Assembly: GCA_965117035.1 (NCBI GenBank)
Contig: OZ220748.1
Coordinates: 3,519,392-3,583,391, forward strand
Origin: Dehalococcoidia bacterium
GTDB lineage: Bacteria; Chloroflexota; Dehalococcoidia; Lucifugimonadales; CAZENU01
Direction of reading: 5' to 3'
DNA: 64,000 nucleotides
The notes below the pieces were generated by a model that saw only the letters and a program-made list of their open reading frames with translations, ran no database searches and was not told the origin of the DNA. A program made the translations under genes and the position numbers. How positions within the stretch are numbered: position 1 is the stretch's first letter; every line of letters starts with the position of its first letter. This document shows positions 7,310 to 15,902 of the stretch, in pieces.

Positions 7310-8890
7310 CTATGCGCGCGGCATCCTGAGAATTCGCCGGGCGTTTTCCGCCATCAGCAGGCGGTCCTCCTCGGGCGACAGGTCGGCGTCCTGGTAGATG
7401 CCGAGCGCGTAGGCCGGCACTATCAGGTCCATGTCGGTTCCGAACACGATCCGGTCGGCGCCGACGGTGTCGATGGCCCGCCTCAGCGCGCCGCGGTTGG
7501 GGTAAGAGCCAGACATCTCCAGGTAGACGTTGGGCGTGTCTGCCGCGAGCTGGATGCCGTCCTCGCCCAGGCCGTGGCCGATGATGATCGGCAGGTGCGG
7601 GTGGCGGCGTCCGACTTCCCTGAACATCGCCAGGTCGGATGCGCGGCCGCCCCGCACGAACGGCGCGTAGCCGACGCCGGTCGGGTAGCGCGGCAGGCGG
7701 GTGAAGTCCCAGTTGGGGCCGTTGTAGAAGATCGGCACGCCCCGCTTCGCGGCCTCGGCGAACAGCGCCATGAAGCTCTCAGAGCCGCCCCGGTCGAGCA
7801 CCGTGTCCGGCGTGATCGTCGCGTGGGCGAGCCGGTCGTTCGTCGCGAACTCGTCGAGCCAGCGAATCGACGCCTCGAGATGGGTGGGGTTGATGACGGG
7901 GCTGCCCAGCAGGCGGGGCCTGCCCTCGATCTTCTCGAGCATCTCGCGGTTGCCCGCGTCCATGTCGTCGTAGTACGCGAAGTACGACGAGCAGACCGAG
8001 TACTCGAAGCCGGCCCGGCGCGCGTAGAACTCGATCGCCTCCAGGTCCCGCGTCGACGCCGACAGTCCCGGTATCTCGCCGAAGTGGTTGTGGACGTCGA
8101 TGGCGGGCGTCGCCGGTACCTCGACCGTGGGCAGTGGAGCCGCGGCGGCCTCGACGCGGTCGGCCTCCTCCGGCAGCCCGAATAGCCTCAACGCGTTCGA
8201 GGCCAGTATCTTCCGCTTGACCGCGTCGTCCACCTCGGCGTCCAGGACCATGTTCAGCGCGGGCCGCATGGGCCGCAGGGCGGCGCCGGAGGCGTAGAGC
8301 ACCCGGTCCGGCCCGGCGCTGTCGACCAGCAGCTCCACCGCGCCCGGCGTCGGAAACCACGACGGGTCGACGTAGACGTGGCCGTGCTCCTCGACGACAG
8401 CCAGCACCTCGTCGAACACGGGGTAGAAGGCGCCGGCCAGGTACAGCGCGCATCCCAGCCCAGCCGTCGTCTCCGCGAGCTGCGTGGGCAGCCCATCGCT
8501 GAAGACGCTGCAGGCGACCAGGGGCAGCCCCGGCCGGGCGATTTCGGCGAACGCCCGGCGCGACGCCAGCGATGTGAGGGACGTGTTCGGCGGCAGGTGG
8601 AACGCCAGGCCCGCGGCCCCGCTCGCGACGCAGTCGGCGACCACCGACGGCAGCTCGGCGGCCGACAACCTGGGCCCGACCACCCCGAGCGGGATGAACC
8701 GTCCGTCCGCCGCGGTAGTCGCGAAGAGGTGGTCGTTGCCCTTGCGTGCGTCGGCGTTCAGGCCGCGCAGGCTTGCGACCGCGGCGCGGTCCACGCCGGC
8801 CTTGGCCATCTGCGCGGACAGCTCCGGGAACCCCATCGCCTCCGGGCGCACGGTGAGGCCGCCGACAAGAGTGTATGCGTCTACGATCAT
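7310..8890 (-). CDS. Tandem (fused) amidohydrolase-2 family protein: N-terminal half lacks the HxH motif, C-terminal half has it
   Basis: 526 aa with a GGGAGG RBS. The N half begins MIVDAYTLVG (no His pair). The C half has AIDVHNHFG and ends FGTDMD...ENARRIL, typical of PF04909-type metal hydrolases/decarboxylases. Confidence 0.8.
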   Translation of the reverse strand: MIVDAYTLVGGLTVRPEAMGFPELSAQMAKAGVDRAAVASLRGLNADARKGNDHLFATTAADGRFIPLGVVGPRLSAAELPSVVADCVASGAAGLAFHLPPNTSLTSLASRRAFAEIARPGLPLVACSVFSDGLPTQLAETTAGLGCALYLAGAFYPVFDEVLAVVEEHGHVYVDPSWFPTPGAVELLVDSAGPDRVLYASGAALRPMRPALNMVLDAEVDDAVKRKILASNALRLFGLPEEADRVEAAAAPLPTVEVPATPAIDVHNHFGEIPGLSASTRDLEAIEFYARRAGFEYSVCSSYFAYYDDMDAGNREMLEKIEGRPRLLGSPVINPTHLEASIRWLDEFATNDRLAHATITPDTVLDRGGSESFMALFAEAAKRGVPIFYNGPNWDFTRLPRYPTGVGYAPFVRGGRASDLAMFREVGRRHPHLPIIIGHGLGEDGIQLAADTPNVYLEMSGSYPNRGALRRAIDTVGADRIVFGTDMDLIVPAYALGIYQDADLSPEEDRLLMAENARRILRMPRA

Positions 8891-9085
8891 GTCGTGCCTC
8901 CCGCGTGGTCGGAGTCGGGCAGCCGAGTATATTGCCGGTCTCGACGGCGGTCAATTTCGGCGTGCCGCGCGGCGGGTTGCGCGCGGCTGGGCCGGTGGTA
9001 TGATAGGGGCCGCTCCAACGGAAAGCACTCTGAGCGCGCCCCACCCGAACATCGGCAGGGGACAGCCCCACAGGAGGGTTCCACG

Positions 9086-10498
9086 ATGAAGATGTACGTC
9101 GGCGGCGAGTGGATCGACAAGGACGCGAAGATCGAGGTCATCAACTCGTTCAACAACACGGTCGTCGACACGGTCCCGGCAGCGGACCTCGAGGACCTGG
9201 AGACCGCCATCGCCAGCGCGGAGCGCGGCGCGAAGGTCATGGCCGATGTCCCGGCCTACGACCGCTACCTGATGCTCAAGAAGACGGCCGAGATCATGGA
9301 GGAGCGCCAGGAGGACTTCGGCCGCACGATAACCCTCGAAGAGGGCAAGGTGATCACCGAGGGCCGCATGGAGGCGGGCCGCGCCATCCAGACGATGACG
9401 CTGTCGGCCGAGGAGGCCAAGCGTCTCTACGGCGAGACGATACCGCTGGACGCCGCGCCCGGCTGGGGCGGCCAGATGGGCTTCACGCTGCGGGTGCCCT
9501 GCGGGGTCGTCGCGGCGATCAGCCCGTTCAACTTCCCGCTCAACCTGGTGTGCCACAAGGTCGGCCCGGCGCTCGCGGCCGGCAACTCGGTCATCATCAA
9601 GCCGGCGTCGGACACGCCGCTTTCGGCGATCAAGCTGACCGAGGCGCTGCTGGAGGCGGGCGTGCCCGCCGAGGCGGTGCAGTGCGTCACCGGCTCCGGC
9701 GGCAGGATCGGCGACGCGCTCGTCGCCGACGACCGCGTGCGGAAGGTGACCTTCACCGGCAGCCGCGACATCGGCGAGCGCATCTGCCGCACGGCGGGCC
9801 TGAAGAAGGTCACGATGGAGCTGGGCTCCAACTCGCCGCTGATCGTCATGCCGGACGCGGACATGGACAAGGTCGTGAAGGGCACCATCGCCAGCGGCTT
9901 CTCCAATGCGGGCCAGGTCTGCATCTCGGCCCAGCGGATCATCACCAACCGCGAGGTGTACGCCGACTATCTCGACGCGCTCACCGAGGGCGTCAAGGAG
10001 ATCAGCACGGGCGACCCGCTGCGCGAGGATGTCAAGATGGGGCCGATGGTGCGGGCCGACGACGCGGTGCGGGTCAACGAGTGGATCGCGGAGGCGGTCA
10101 GCGGCGGCGCGCGCACCGTTGTCGGCGGAGAGTACGACGGGGCGGTGCACCAGCCGACGGTCGTGGCCGACGTCAAGCCGGAGATGCGTATCTCGTGCGA
10201 CGAGCTGTTCGGCCCGGCGGTGGCGGTCACGCCGTTCTCTGACATCGACGAGGCGATCGAGATGGCGAACGACAGCAACTACGGGCTGAGCGCCGGCATC
10301 TTCACGCAGAACGTCGACTGGGCGATGCAGTTCGCGCGCCGCGTCCACTCCGGCAACCTGATGATCAACTCGGGCCCGCAGTGGCGCGCCGACCTGATGC
10401 CCTACGGCGGCGTCAAGGAGAGCGGCATGGGCAAAGAGGGCCCGCGCTACGCCGTCGAGGAGATGTCCGAGCTCAAGATGGTGGTCTACCACCCGTAG
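9086..10498 (+). CDS. NAD(P)+-dependent aldehyde dehydrogenase
   Basis: ATG at 9086 follows AGGAGG (9072-9077). Motifs present: FNFPLN, catalytic-Glu segment VTMELGSNSP, and catalytic-Cys segment NAGQVCISAQR. The upstream part of ORF 8378..10498 is shadow sequence. Confidence 0.9.
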   Translation: MKMYVGGEWIDKDAKIEVINSFNNTVVDTVPAADLEDLETAIASAERGAKVMADVPAYDRYLMLKKTAEIMEERQEDFGRTITLEEGKVITEGRMEAGRAIQTMTLSAEEAKRLYGETIPLDAAPGWGGQMGFTLRVPCGVVAAISPFNFPLNLVCHKVGPALAAGNSVIIKPASDTPLSAIKLTEALLEAGVPAEAVQCVTGSGGRIGDALVADDRVRKVTFTGSRDIGERICRTAGLKKVTMELGSNSPLIVMPDADMDKVVKGTIASGFSNAGQVCISAQRIITNREVYADYLDALTEGVKEISTGDPLREDVKMGPMVRADDAVRVNEWIAEAVSGGARTVVGGEYDGAVHQPTVVADVKPEMRISCDELFGPAVAVTPFSDIDEAIEMANDSNYGLSAGIFTQNVDWAMQFARRVHSGNLMINSGPQWRADLMPYGGVKESGMGKEGPRYAVEEMSELKMVVYHP

Positions 10499-10530
10499 GC
10501 GCGAGCCTCATTCTGCTCGAGGAAGTGAAG

Positions 10531-10562
10531 AATGGCCGGCCGACCGCAACGGGCCGGCCATT
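10531..10562 (+). terminator. Stem-loop after aldehyde dehydrogenase gene
   Basis: AATGGCCGGCC-10 nt-GGCCGGCCATT, followed by TTGG. The U-tract is weak. Confidence 0.4.
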
Positions 10563-10602
10563 TGGCTGTTCGGGTCCAAAACCGAACATAGCGTCGTTCC
10601 GA

Positions 10603-10631
10603 TTGACTACGGGTTGGCCCGCAGATAGAAT
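10603..10631 (+). promoter_or_regulatory. Sigma-70-like promoter upstream of the Fe-S carrier gene
   Basis: TTGACT (10603-10608), a 17-nt spacer, then TAGAAT (10626-10631), 28 nt before the GTG start at 10659. Confidence 0.5.
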
Positions 10632-10658
10632 CTAGAGGAATCGCAGGGCAGGTTAACC

Positions 10659-11015
10659 GTGACCACTACCAGGGAAAAGCCGCAGCCGCTCACCATCTCG
10701 ATCAGCGCCGAGGCGGCCAGGCACGTCCGCGAGTTCGCCGCCGATGCCGGCAAGCCGGAGTCGAACCTCCGCGTCGGCGTCAAGGGCGGCGGATGCTCGG
10801 GGCTGACTTACATCCTCGACCTCGTCGAGGAACCGCAGGAGAACGACAAGGTGCTGCGGGAACACGGGATCGAGCTGTACGTGGACCGCAAGTCGTACAT
10901 CTTCCTGGCCGGGACGGTCCTCGAATACTCCGGCGGCCTGAACGGCAAGGGCTTCGTCTTCAACAACCCCAACGCGAAGACGACCTGCGGCTGCGGGACG
11001 TCGTTCGGGGTCTAG
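10659..11015 (+). CDS. A-type iron-sulfur cluster carrier (IscA/ErpA/SufA, HesB family)
   Basis: 118 aa with a GTG start. Motifs GGGCSGLTY and C-terminal TTCGCGTSFGV give the three conserved Cys. Confidence 0.9.
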   Translation: MTTTREKPQPLTISISAEAARHVREFAADAGKPESNLRVGVKGGGCSGLTYILDLVEEPQENDKVLREHGIELYVDRKSYIFLAGTVLEYSGGLNGKGFVFNNPNAKTTCGCGTSFGV

Positions 11016-11044
11016 CGCGGCCTAATCCGTCGCGGGGAACACCA

Positions 11045-11205
11045 CCCGTGGATTCCCGCCTTCGCGGGAACGACGATTTTGCAAGGGTCTCCGAAGGCGG
11101 GAATCCAGGGGCGGGGCCTCCCAGGTACGGAATCGACGCGCGTCCACCACTGTTCGCCGCAACCAACGGGGTTATGCAAAAGTATCCTGCGCGGGAATGA
11201 CGAGC
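11045..11205. repeat. REP-like short palindromic modules (ttcccgc-N4-gcgggaa type)
   Basis: ggattcccgccttcgcgggaacgacg, ccgaaggcgggaatccagggg and cctgcgcgggaatgacg occur here. Related copies lie at 5945-6200 and 16535-16570. Confidence 0.45.
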
Positions 11206-11242
11206 TTGCAGGCGCGCGACGTCGCGGCAGTGGCGGTTACAT

Positions 11243-12244
11243 ATGGCTGAAACGACGGCCCTGAAGACCGACGTCCCCGTCGACGACTATGAAGCGCTGA
11301 CGCGTGGCGTCGGCGTCGTCGACCGCTCCGACGTCGGGCGGCTCGTCCTCCGCGGCGAGGACGCCGTCGACCTGCTGGAGCGCCTGTCCACCAACGCGCT
11401 GACCGAGCTCGCCGTCGGCGAGGGCGCGGCGACTGTGCTCACGACGAACAAGGGCCGCATCCTCGACCTGCTGCTCGTCCTCCGCCGCGACGGGGACCTG
11501 CTCGCGCTCACCGGCGCCGGCAACCAGGGCAGGGTGGCCGAGTGGGTGGACTTCTACACCTTCGTGGAGGAAGTCTCGGTCGAGGACGTGACGTCAACGA
11601 CCGCGATGCTAGGCGTCGTCGGCCCCGGAGCCGCGACGGCCGTGGAGGCCGCGACCGGCGTGGCGACGGCCGGGCTTGCGCTCTACGGGTCCCGAGCCGG
11701 GAACATCGGCGGAGCGGAAGCGCTCGTCGTCCGCGGCGACCCGGTCGGGGAACCCGGCTACGACGTGGTCGTTCCGGCCGACGCCAGGCAACAGGCCCTG
11801 GACGCGCTGCTGTCCGCGGGCGCCGTCCAGGTAGGCAGTGAAGCCCTCGACCTCGCGCGCATCGAGGGCGGGGTACCTGCCTTCGGCTGCGAGCTGACGG
11901 AGGCCTTCAACCCGCTGGAGGCCGGCCTGATCGACATCATCAGCTTTACGAAGGGCTGCTACGTCGGGCAGGAGGTCGTCGCCCGGCTGAACACCTACGA
12001 CAAGGTGCAGAAGCGGCTGATGCGCATGCGGTGGGACGGGGCCGGCGGCCCGGTGCCCGGCGCGAAGCTCGTGCTCGACGGCAAGCAGGTCGGCGTCGTC
12101 ACGTCGGCGGCCGGGTCGCCGGACGGGGGCGGCGTCGGCCTCGGCTACGTGAGGCGCGCCCACGCGTCGGCGGGCGTCGTGCTGCCGGTCGAAGGCGTAG
12201 ACTTCTCGGTCGAGGTGCTTGGCCCCTCGATACACCCCGGCTGA
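11243..12244 (+). CDS. ygfZ: Folate-binding YgfZ/GcvT-like protein (Fe-S cluster maintenance)
   Basis: 333 aa with a GcvT-like fold pattern and the signature TKGCYVGQEVVARL (KGCYxGQE). It lies directly downstream of the A-type carrier gene. Confidence 0.8.
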   Translation: MAETTALKTDVPVDDYEALTRGVGVVDRSDVGRLVLRGEDAVDLLERLSTNALTELAVGEGAATVLTTNKGRILDLLLVLRRDGDLLALTGAGNQGRVAEWVDFYTFVEEVSVEDVTSTTAMLGVVGPGAATAVEAATGVATAGLALYGSRAGNIGGAEALVVRGDPVGEPGYDVVVPADARQQALDALLSAGAVQVGSEALDLARIEGGVPAFGCELTEAFNPLEAGLIDIISFTKGCYVGQEVVARLNTYDKVQKRLMRMRWDGAGGPVPGAKLVLDGKQVGVVTSAAGSPDGGGVGLGYVRRAHASAGVVLPVEGVDFSVEVLGPSIHPG

Positions 12245-12575
12245 TGCCGTGGCCCTCGGGGCGAACGGGAGTGACGGCTGAGCGCCGGGCTCTTCACGGT
12301 CGCGCTTGCGGGCCCCTCGATACACCCCGGCTGACGCCGGGGCACTCGGGGCGAACGGGAGTGACGGCTGAGCGCCGGGCTCTTCACGGTCGCGCTTGCG
12401 GGCCCCTCGATACACCCCGGCTGACGCCGGGGCACTCGGGGCGAACGGGAGTGACGGCTGAGCGCCGGGCTCTTCACGGTCGCGCTTGCGGGCCCCTCGA
12501 TACACCCTGGCTGACGCCGGGGCACTCGGGGCGAACGGGGGTGACGGCTGAGCGCGGGGGCACCCGGGGCTGAAC
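12221..12575. repeat. Tandem array, 90-bp unit x about 4
   Basis: GGCCCCTCGATACACCCCGG recurs at 12221, 12311, 12401 and 12491. The first unit supplies the last 8 codons and stop of ygfZ. The array fills the whole gap to the convergent fabL stop (12582). Confidence 0.85.
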
Positions 12576-12581
12576 CGGCGG

Positions 12582-13328
12582 CTAGCCTCTGAGGGTCGCG
12601 CCGCCGTCTACGACGAGCACCTGCCCGCGGATCGTCGCGGCCTCCTCGGTGCACAGGAACGCGACGATCTTCGCGATGTCGTCGCCCGTCAGCATCCGTC
12701 CGAGCAGCGTCTCTCGCCCGGCGCTGCGCATCTGCTCGCCCTCGGGAAAGTGGTCCAGCGCCTCGGTGTCGACGAGCCCGCCCGCGACGGCGTTCACCGA
12801 GATGCCCTTGGGCGCCAGCTCCACCGCGAGATAGCGGGTCACCGCCTCCAGCGCGGCCTTCGACGTGCCCACGGAGAAGTAGTCGCGCAGCACTCTCTGC
12901 GACCCGAGGCTGGTCAGGTTGATGATGCTGCCGCCGCCGGTCATCAGTTTCGACGCCTCGATCGAGCAGAGCCACGGCGCGCGGGCGTTGACGTTCATCG
13001 TCCAGTCCCAGTGCTTCTCCTCCAGCTCCTCGGCCGGCCGCTGCACGCCCGACGCGGCGTTGTTGACGAGGATGTCGAGCCGAGGGAACTCGGCCGCCAC
13101 GTCGGCGAACAGGTCCCTGATCTTCCCGGCGTCGCCGAGGTGGGCCCGGACGCGCAGGCAGCGTACGCCGAGCGCCTCGATCTCCCGCTGCGTGTCGGCG
13201 GCGCGCTCGTGGTTGCGCAGGTAGTTGAAGGCGACGTCGGCGCCGCGCCGCGCCAGATCCAGCGCGATGGCGCGGCCGATCCCGCGGGATCCACCGGTTA
13301 CGAGCGCGACTTTTCCCTCGAACGACAT
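12582..13328 (-). CDS. fabL: Enoyl-[acyl-carrier-protein] reductase, FabL-type SDR
   Basis: TGGSRGIG; NNAASGV; HWDWTMNVNA; SLGSQRVLRDYFSVGTSKAALEAVTRYLAVELAPKGISVNAV. From memory this closely parallels Bacillus FabL. Confidence 0.75.
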   Translation of the reverse strand: MSFEGKVALVTGGSRGIGRAIALDLARRGADVAFNYLRNHERAADTQREIEALGVRCLRVRAHLGDAGKIRDLFADVAAEFPRLDILVNNAASGVQRPAEELEEKHWDWTMNVNARAPWLCSIEASKLMTGGGSIINLTSLGSQRVLRDYFSVGTSKAALEAVTRYLAVELAPKGISVNAVAGGLVDTEALDHFPEGEQMRSAGRETLLGRMLTGDDIAKIVAFLCTEEAATIRGQVLVVDGGATLRG

Positions 13329-13332
13329 GGGC

Positions 13333-14220
13333 CTACCCCGCGACCGCCGCCGGCTCGGGGTTGGCGGCGAGCCACTGGCGCCCGATGGCCGCGCCCTGGT
13401 CCAGCACGCGGACCGCCGCGGCGACGGCCGCGCGCCCCGCGTCCGTGTCCTTCAGGCCGGACAGGAAGTAGTCCCACGAAGACATGTAGTAGTCGATGTA
13501 GTCGTCGGCGAGGCTGTCGAGGCCCCGGTCCCGCATGGCCGCCGTCGTCCGGGTCCGGTTCATGCTCCACGCGTCCTCCGTATCGAGTCCCAGGAGATGC
13601 AGGACACGGGGCCCCGTGGGGGACACCCGGTAGGTCACGGGGCGCAGCGCCTGCCAGAGGTACCGGCCCGGCTTGTCTATCACGTCGAGTCCGCTGATCA
13701 TAGCCCACTCCGAGTCGTGGACGAGACTACCGGCGTCGTACCTCCGGATGGCATCGGCGTCGGAGTAGTCTGCTTTCGGGTACTCCTCGCCGTACAGCGT
13801 CGTCACGGTGGACCTTGGCGAGTGGACGACGCCTTCCCTCTCCGCGGTCAGCTTGTTCCAGACGATGAGCTGCGGCCGTGGCTCGTGCAGCGGCTCGGGG
13901 ATTCTCGCCCTGAAGCGCTTCTCCACACCCTTCAGTATGGCCATCGCCTGCGGCACCGTTTGCAGGTACCGGCGCCAGGCGACGTCGTCATGGAACCACA
14001 GGTGCATGTCGACGTCGCTGACCTCGGGCACGTAGTCCAGGGGCGACTCCCACGCCTTGTTCGACGACCCCTTGGAGTACAAGCCGCGAATCTCGTCCTG
14101 GGGTATCGACTCCAGGAGCTGCTCCAGGAAGCAGCCGGCGATACAGTCCACCTCGGCCCGCAGCCGGTCGCGGTCGGGGTACCGGGAGGTCCACTCCGGG
14201 GTCATGCTCGCCGGGCCCAC
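13333..14220 (-). CDS. Hypothetical protein with minimal nucleotidyltransferase-fold motif
   Basis: 295 aa, packed between fabG (1-nt gap) and fabL (4-nt gap). YSKGSSNKAWESPLDYVPEVSDVDMHLW fits hG[GS]-x(9-13)-D-h-D-h. Confidence 0.5.
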   Translation of the reverse strand: MGPASMTPEWTSRYPDRDRLRAEVDCIAGCFLEQLLESIPQDEIRGLYSKGSSNKAWESPLDYVPEVSDVDMHLWFHDDVAWRRYLQTVPQAMAILKGVEKRFRARIPEPLHEPRPQLIVWNKLTAEREGVVHSPRSTVTTLYGEEYPKADYSDADAIRRYDAGSLVHDSEWAMISGLDVIDKPGRYLWQALRPVTYRVSPTGPRVLHLLGLDTEDAWSMNRTRTTAAMRDRGLDSLADDYIDYYMSSWDYFLSGLKDTDAGRAAVAAAVRVLDQGAAIGRQWLAANPEPAAVAG

Positions 14221-14221
14221 G

Positions 14222-14971
14222 CTAGACCGCCATGCCGCCGTCGACGCTGATGGCCTGGCCGGTGATGTACTTGGCCTTGTCGGAGGCCAGGAACGCCACG
14301 AGATGGGCGATGTCGTCTACCTCGCCGAAGTGTCCCTGCGGGATCACGCTGAGCCAGTACGCCTTCTGCTCGTCGGTCAGCACGGCCGTGGTCTCCGTCT
14401 CCAGGTATCCGGGCGTCACGGTGTTTACGGTGATGTTGCGCGTGGCGACCTCCTTGGCCAGCGCCTTGGTGAAGCCGATGATCCCCGCCTTCGAAGCGGT
14501 GTAGTTGGTCTGGCCGGGGTTGCCCCGCAGGCCGACGACCGAGCCGATGTTGATGATGCGGCCCCAGCGCCGGCGCAGCATCGTCCGAAGCGCCGCGCGC
14601 GTGCAGTAGAAGGTGCCGTTCAGGTTCGTGTCGATGACACGCTCCCACGAGTCGTCCGACATGCGCACGAGCAGCCCGTCGTCGATGATGCCCGCGTTGT
14701 TGACGAGGATGTCGACGTGGCCCCACTCGTCCTGCACGCGGTCCACCATCGCCTTGACCTGGTCGAGGTCGGATACGTCGGCCTGCACCGTGAACGACTC
14801 GACGCCGGCGTTCCTGACCTCGGCCTCGACCTCCGTCGCGGCGTCGGCGGAGCTGTTGTAGTTCACGGCGACGTTGGCGCCCATCTCGGCGAGCCGGAGC
14901 GCGATGCCGCGGCCTATGCCCTTCGATGCGCCGGTCACCAGCGCGTTCTTTACCTCGTTCGAGTCCGTCAA
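14222..14971 (-). CDS. fabG: 3-oxoacyl-[ACP] reductase
   Basis: TGASKGIGRGIA; NNAGI; SVVGLRGNPGQTNYTASKAG (YxxxK); ITGQAISVDGGM. Confidence 0.85.
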   Translation of the reverse strand: MTDSNEVKNALVTGASKGIGRGIALRLAEMGANVAVNYNSSADAATEVEAEVRNAGVESFTVQADVSDLDQVKAMVDRVQDEWGHVDILVNNAGIIDDGLLVRMSDDSWERVIDTNLNGTFYCTRAALRTMLRRRWGRIINIGSVVGLRGNPGQTNYTASKAGIIGFTKALAKEVATRNITVNTVTPGYLETETTAVLTDEQKAYWLSVIPQGHFGEVDDIAHLVAFLASDKAKYITGQAISVDGGMAV

Positions 14972-15004
14972 AGCTTCAACCGCCTCTCCGAGAGCCTTAA
15001 GCCC

Positions 15005-15424
15005 TCACTTCGCCCGTCTCACGGTGGCCTCGCCGGTGATGGCGACCTCGCCGGTCTGCCGACGGACGCCCACCGTGCATGCTATTTCGGAAACGCCGCC
15101 GTCGTCGCTGACCCGCTTCACCTCGCCGAACGTCGTCACCGTGTCGCCGGGGTAGACCGGCGCCCTGAACCGGAGCTTCATGCGCCCGTCCTCGGCCCAG
15201 AGCCTGCCGAAGGCGGTGGCCATCGCCTCCGAGACGACCGCCGCTACCATCATGCCGTGCGCTATGGTGCCGCCGAACTCGGTGCTCTCCGCGTACTCGC
15301 GGTCGAGGTGTATCGGGTTGAAGTCGCCCGAGGCCTCCGCGTACAGGGCGATCCGGGTCTGGTCGATCTCCTTGACGACCGCCGGCAGCGGGTCGCCTTC
15401 CTGGAACGCCTCGCCCGCGCTCAC
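15005..15424 (-). CDS. MaoC-like (R)-specific hydratase/dehydratase hot-dog subunit (catalytic-type)
   Basis: GTG at 15424 overlaps the upstream gene's stop (GTGA). YAEASGDFNPIHLD...GGTIAHGM is the MaoC dehydratase motif. Confidence 0.8.
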   Translation of the reverse strand: MSAGEAFQEGDPLPAVVKEIDQTRIALYAEASGDFNPIHLDREYAESTEFGGTIAHGMMVAAVVSEAMATAFGRLWAEDGRMKLRFRAPVYPGDTVTTFGEVKRVSDDGGVSEIACTVGVRRQTGEVAITGEATVRRAK

Positions 15425-15819
15425 GTCGGCAGCACCAGGGTGCTCTTGCCGTTCAGCACCCGCCGGCCGTCGCCGTCGTCCATCCTGATATCGACCACCA
15501 GGAAGCGCCGGCCGCCGCGCACCGAATTTTGCAGCACGTCCGCCTCGCACCGCAACTCGGACCCCACCGGGACCGCCACCAGGAACTCCATCTCCTGGCT
15601 CGTGTGCAGCGTGCCGCCGGGGATGCGCAGGTCCTCGACGACGCCCCTCAGCCCGAGCGCCGCGACGGCCATGGGCGGCGTGACCCCGTCGCCGGACTGG
15701 TACAGCCCCGACCGGTCGCCGACAGCGTTCACGTACAGGGCGACCGCGGCATCGTCCAGCGTGTAACGGCGTTCGGAGATCGTCTGTCCGGGCTCCAGCG
15801 CGGCGTGGTCAATTGCCAT
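15421..15819 (-). CDS. MaoC N-terminal-like hot-dog subunit (HadA-like partner)
   Basis: Starts at ATG 15819 (MAIDHAALEPG...). The hot-dog pattern lacks the D-x4-H catalytic motif. It is translationally coupled to the downstream MaoC gene. The upstream 23 codons of the track ORF fall inside an AT-rich repeat. Confidence 0.65.
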   Translation of the reverse strand: MAIDHAALEPGQTISERRYTLDDAAVALYVNAVGDRSGLYQSGDGVTPPMAVAALGLRGVVEDLRIPGGTLHTSQEMEFLVAVPVGSELRCEADVLQNSVRGGRRFLVVDIRMDDGDGRRVLNGKSTLVLPT

Positions 15820-15902
15820 TGCGGATAGTGTATAGGGAATAGTGGATAGTTGGTAGTGGATAGTGAATAGCGGGAGGGGATTCCGCAACTATGCACTATG
15901 CG
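15820..15902. repeat. AT-rich TATCCACTA/ATAGTGG heptad element (copy 1), entire intergenic region upstream of the MaoC pair
   Basis: The plus strand reads ggATAGTGtATAGgGaATAGTGGATAGTtGGTAGTGGATAGTGaATAGcgg, followed by inverted ACTATgCACTATgcgCTATCC. It stands out against the GC-rich background. Homologous copies lie at 20508-20655. Confidence 0.6.
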
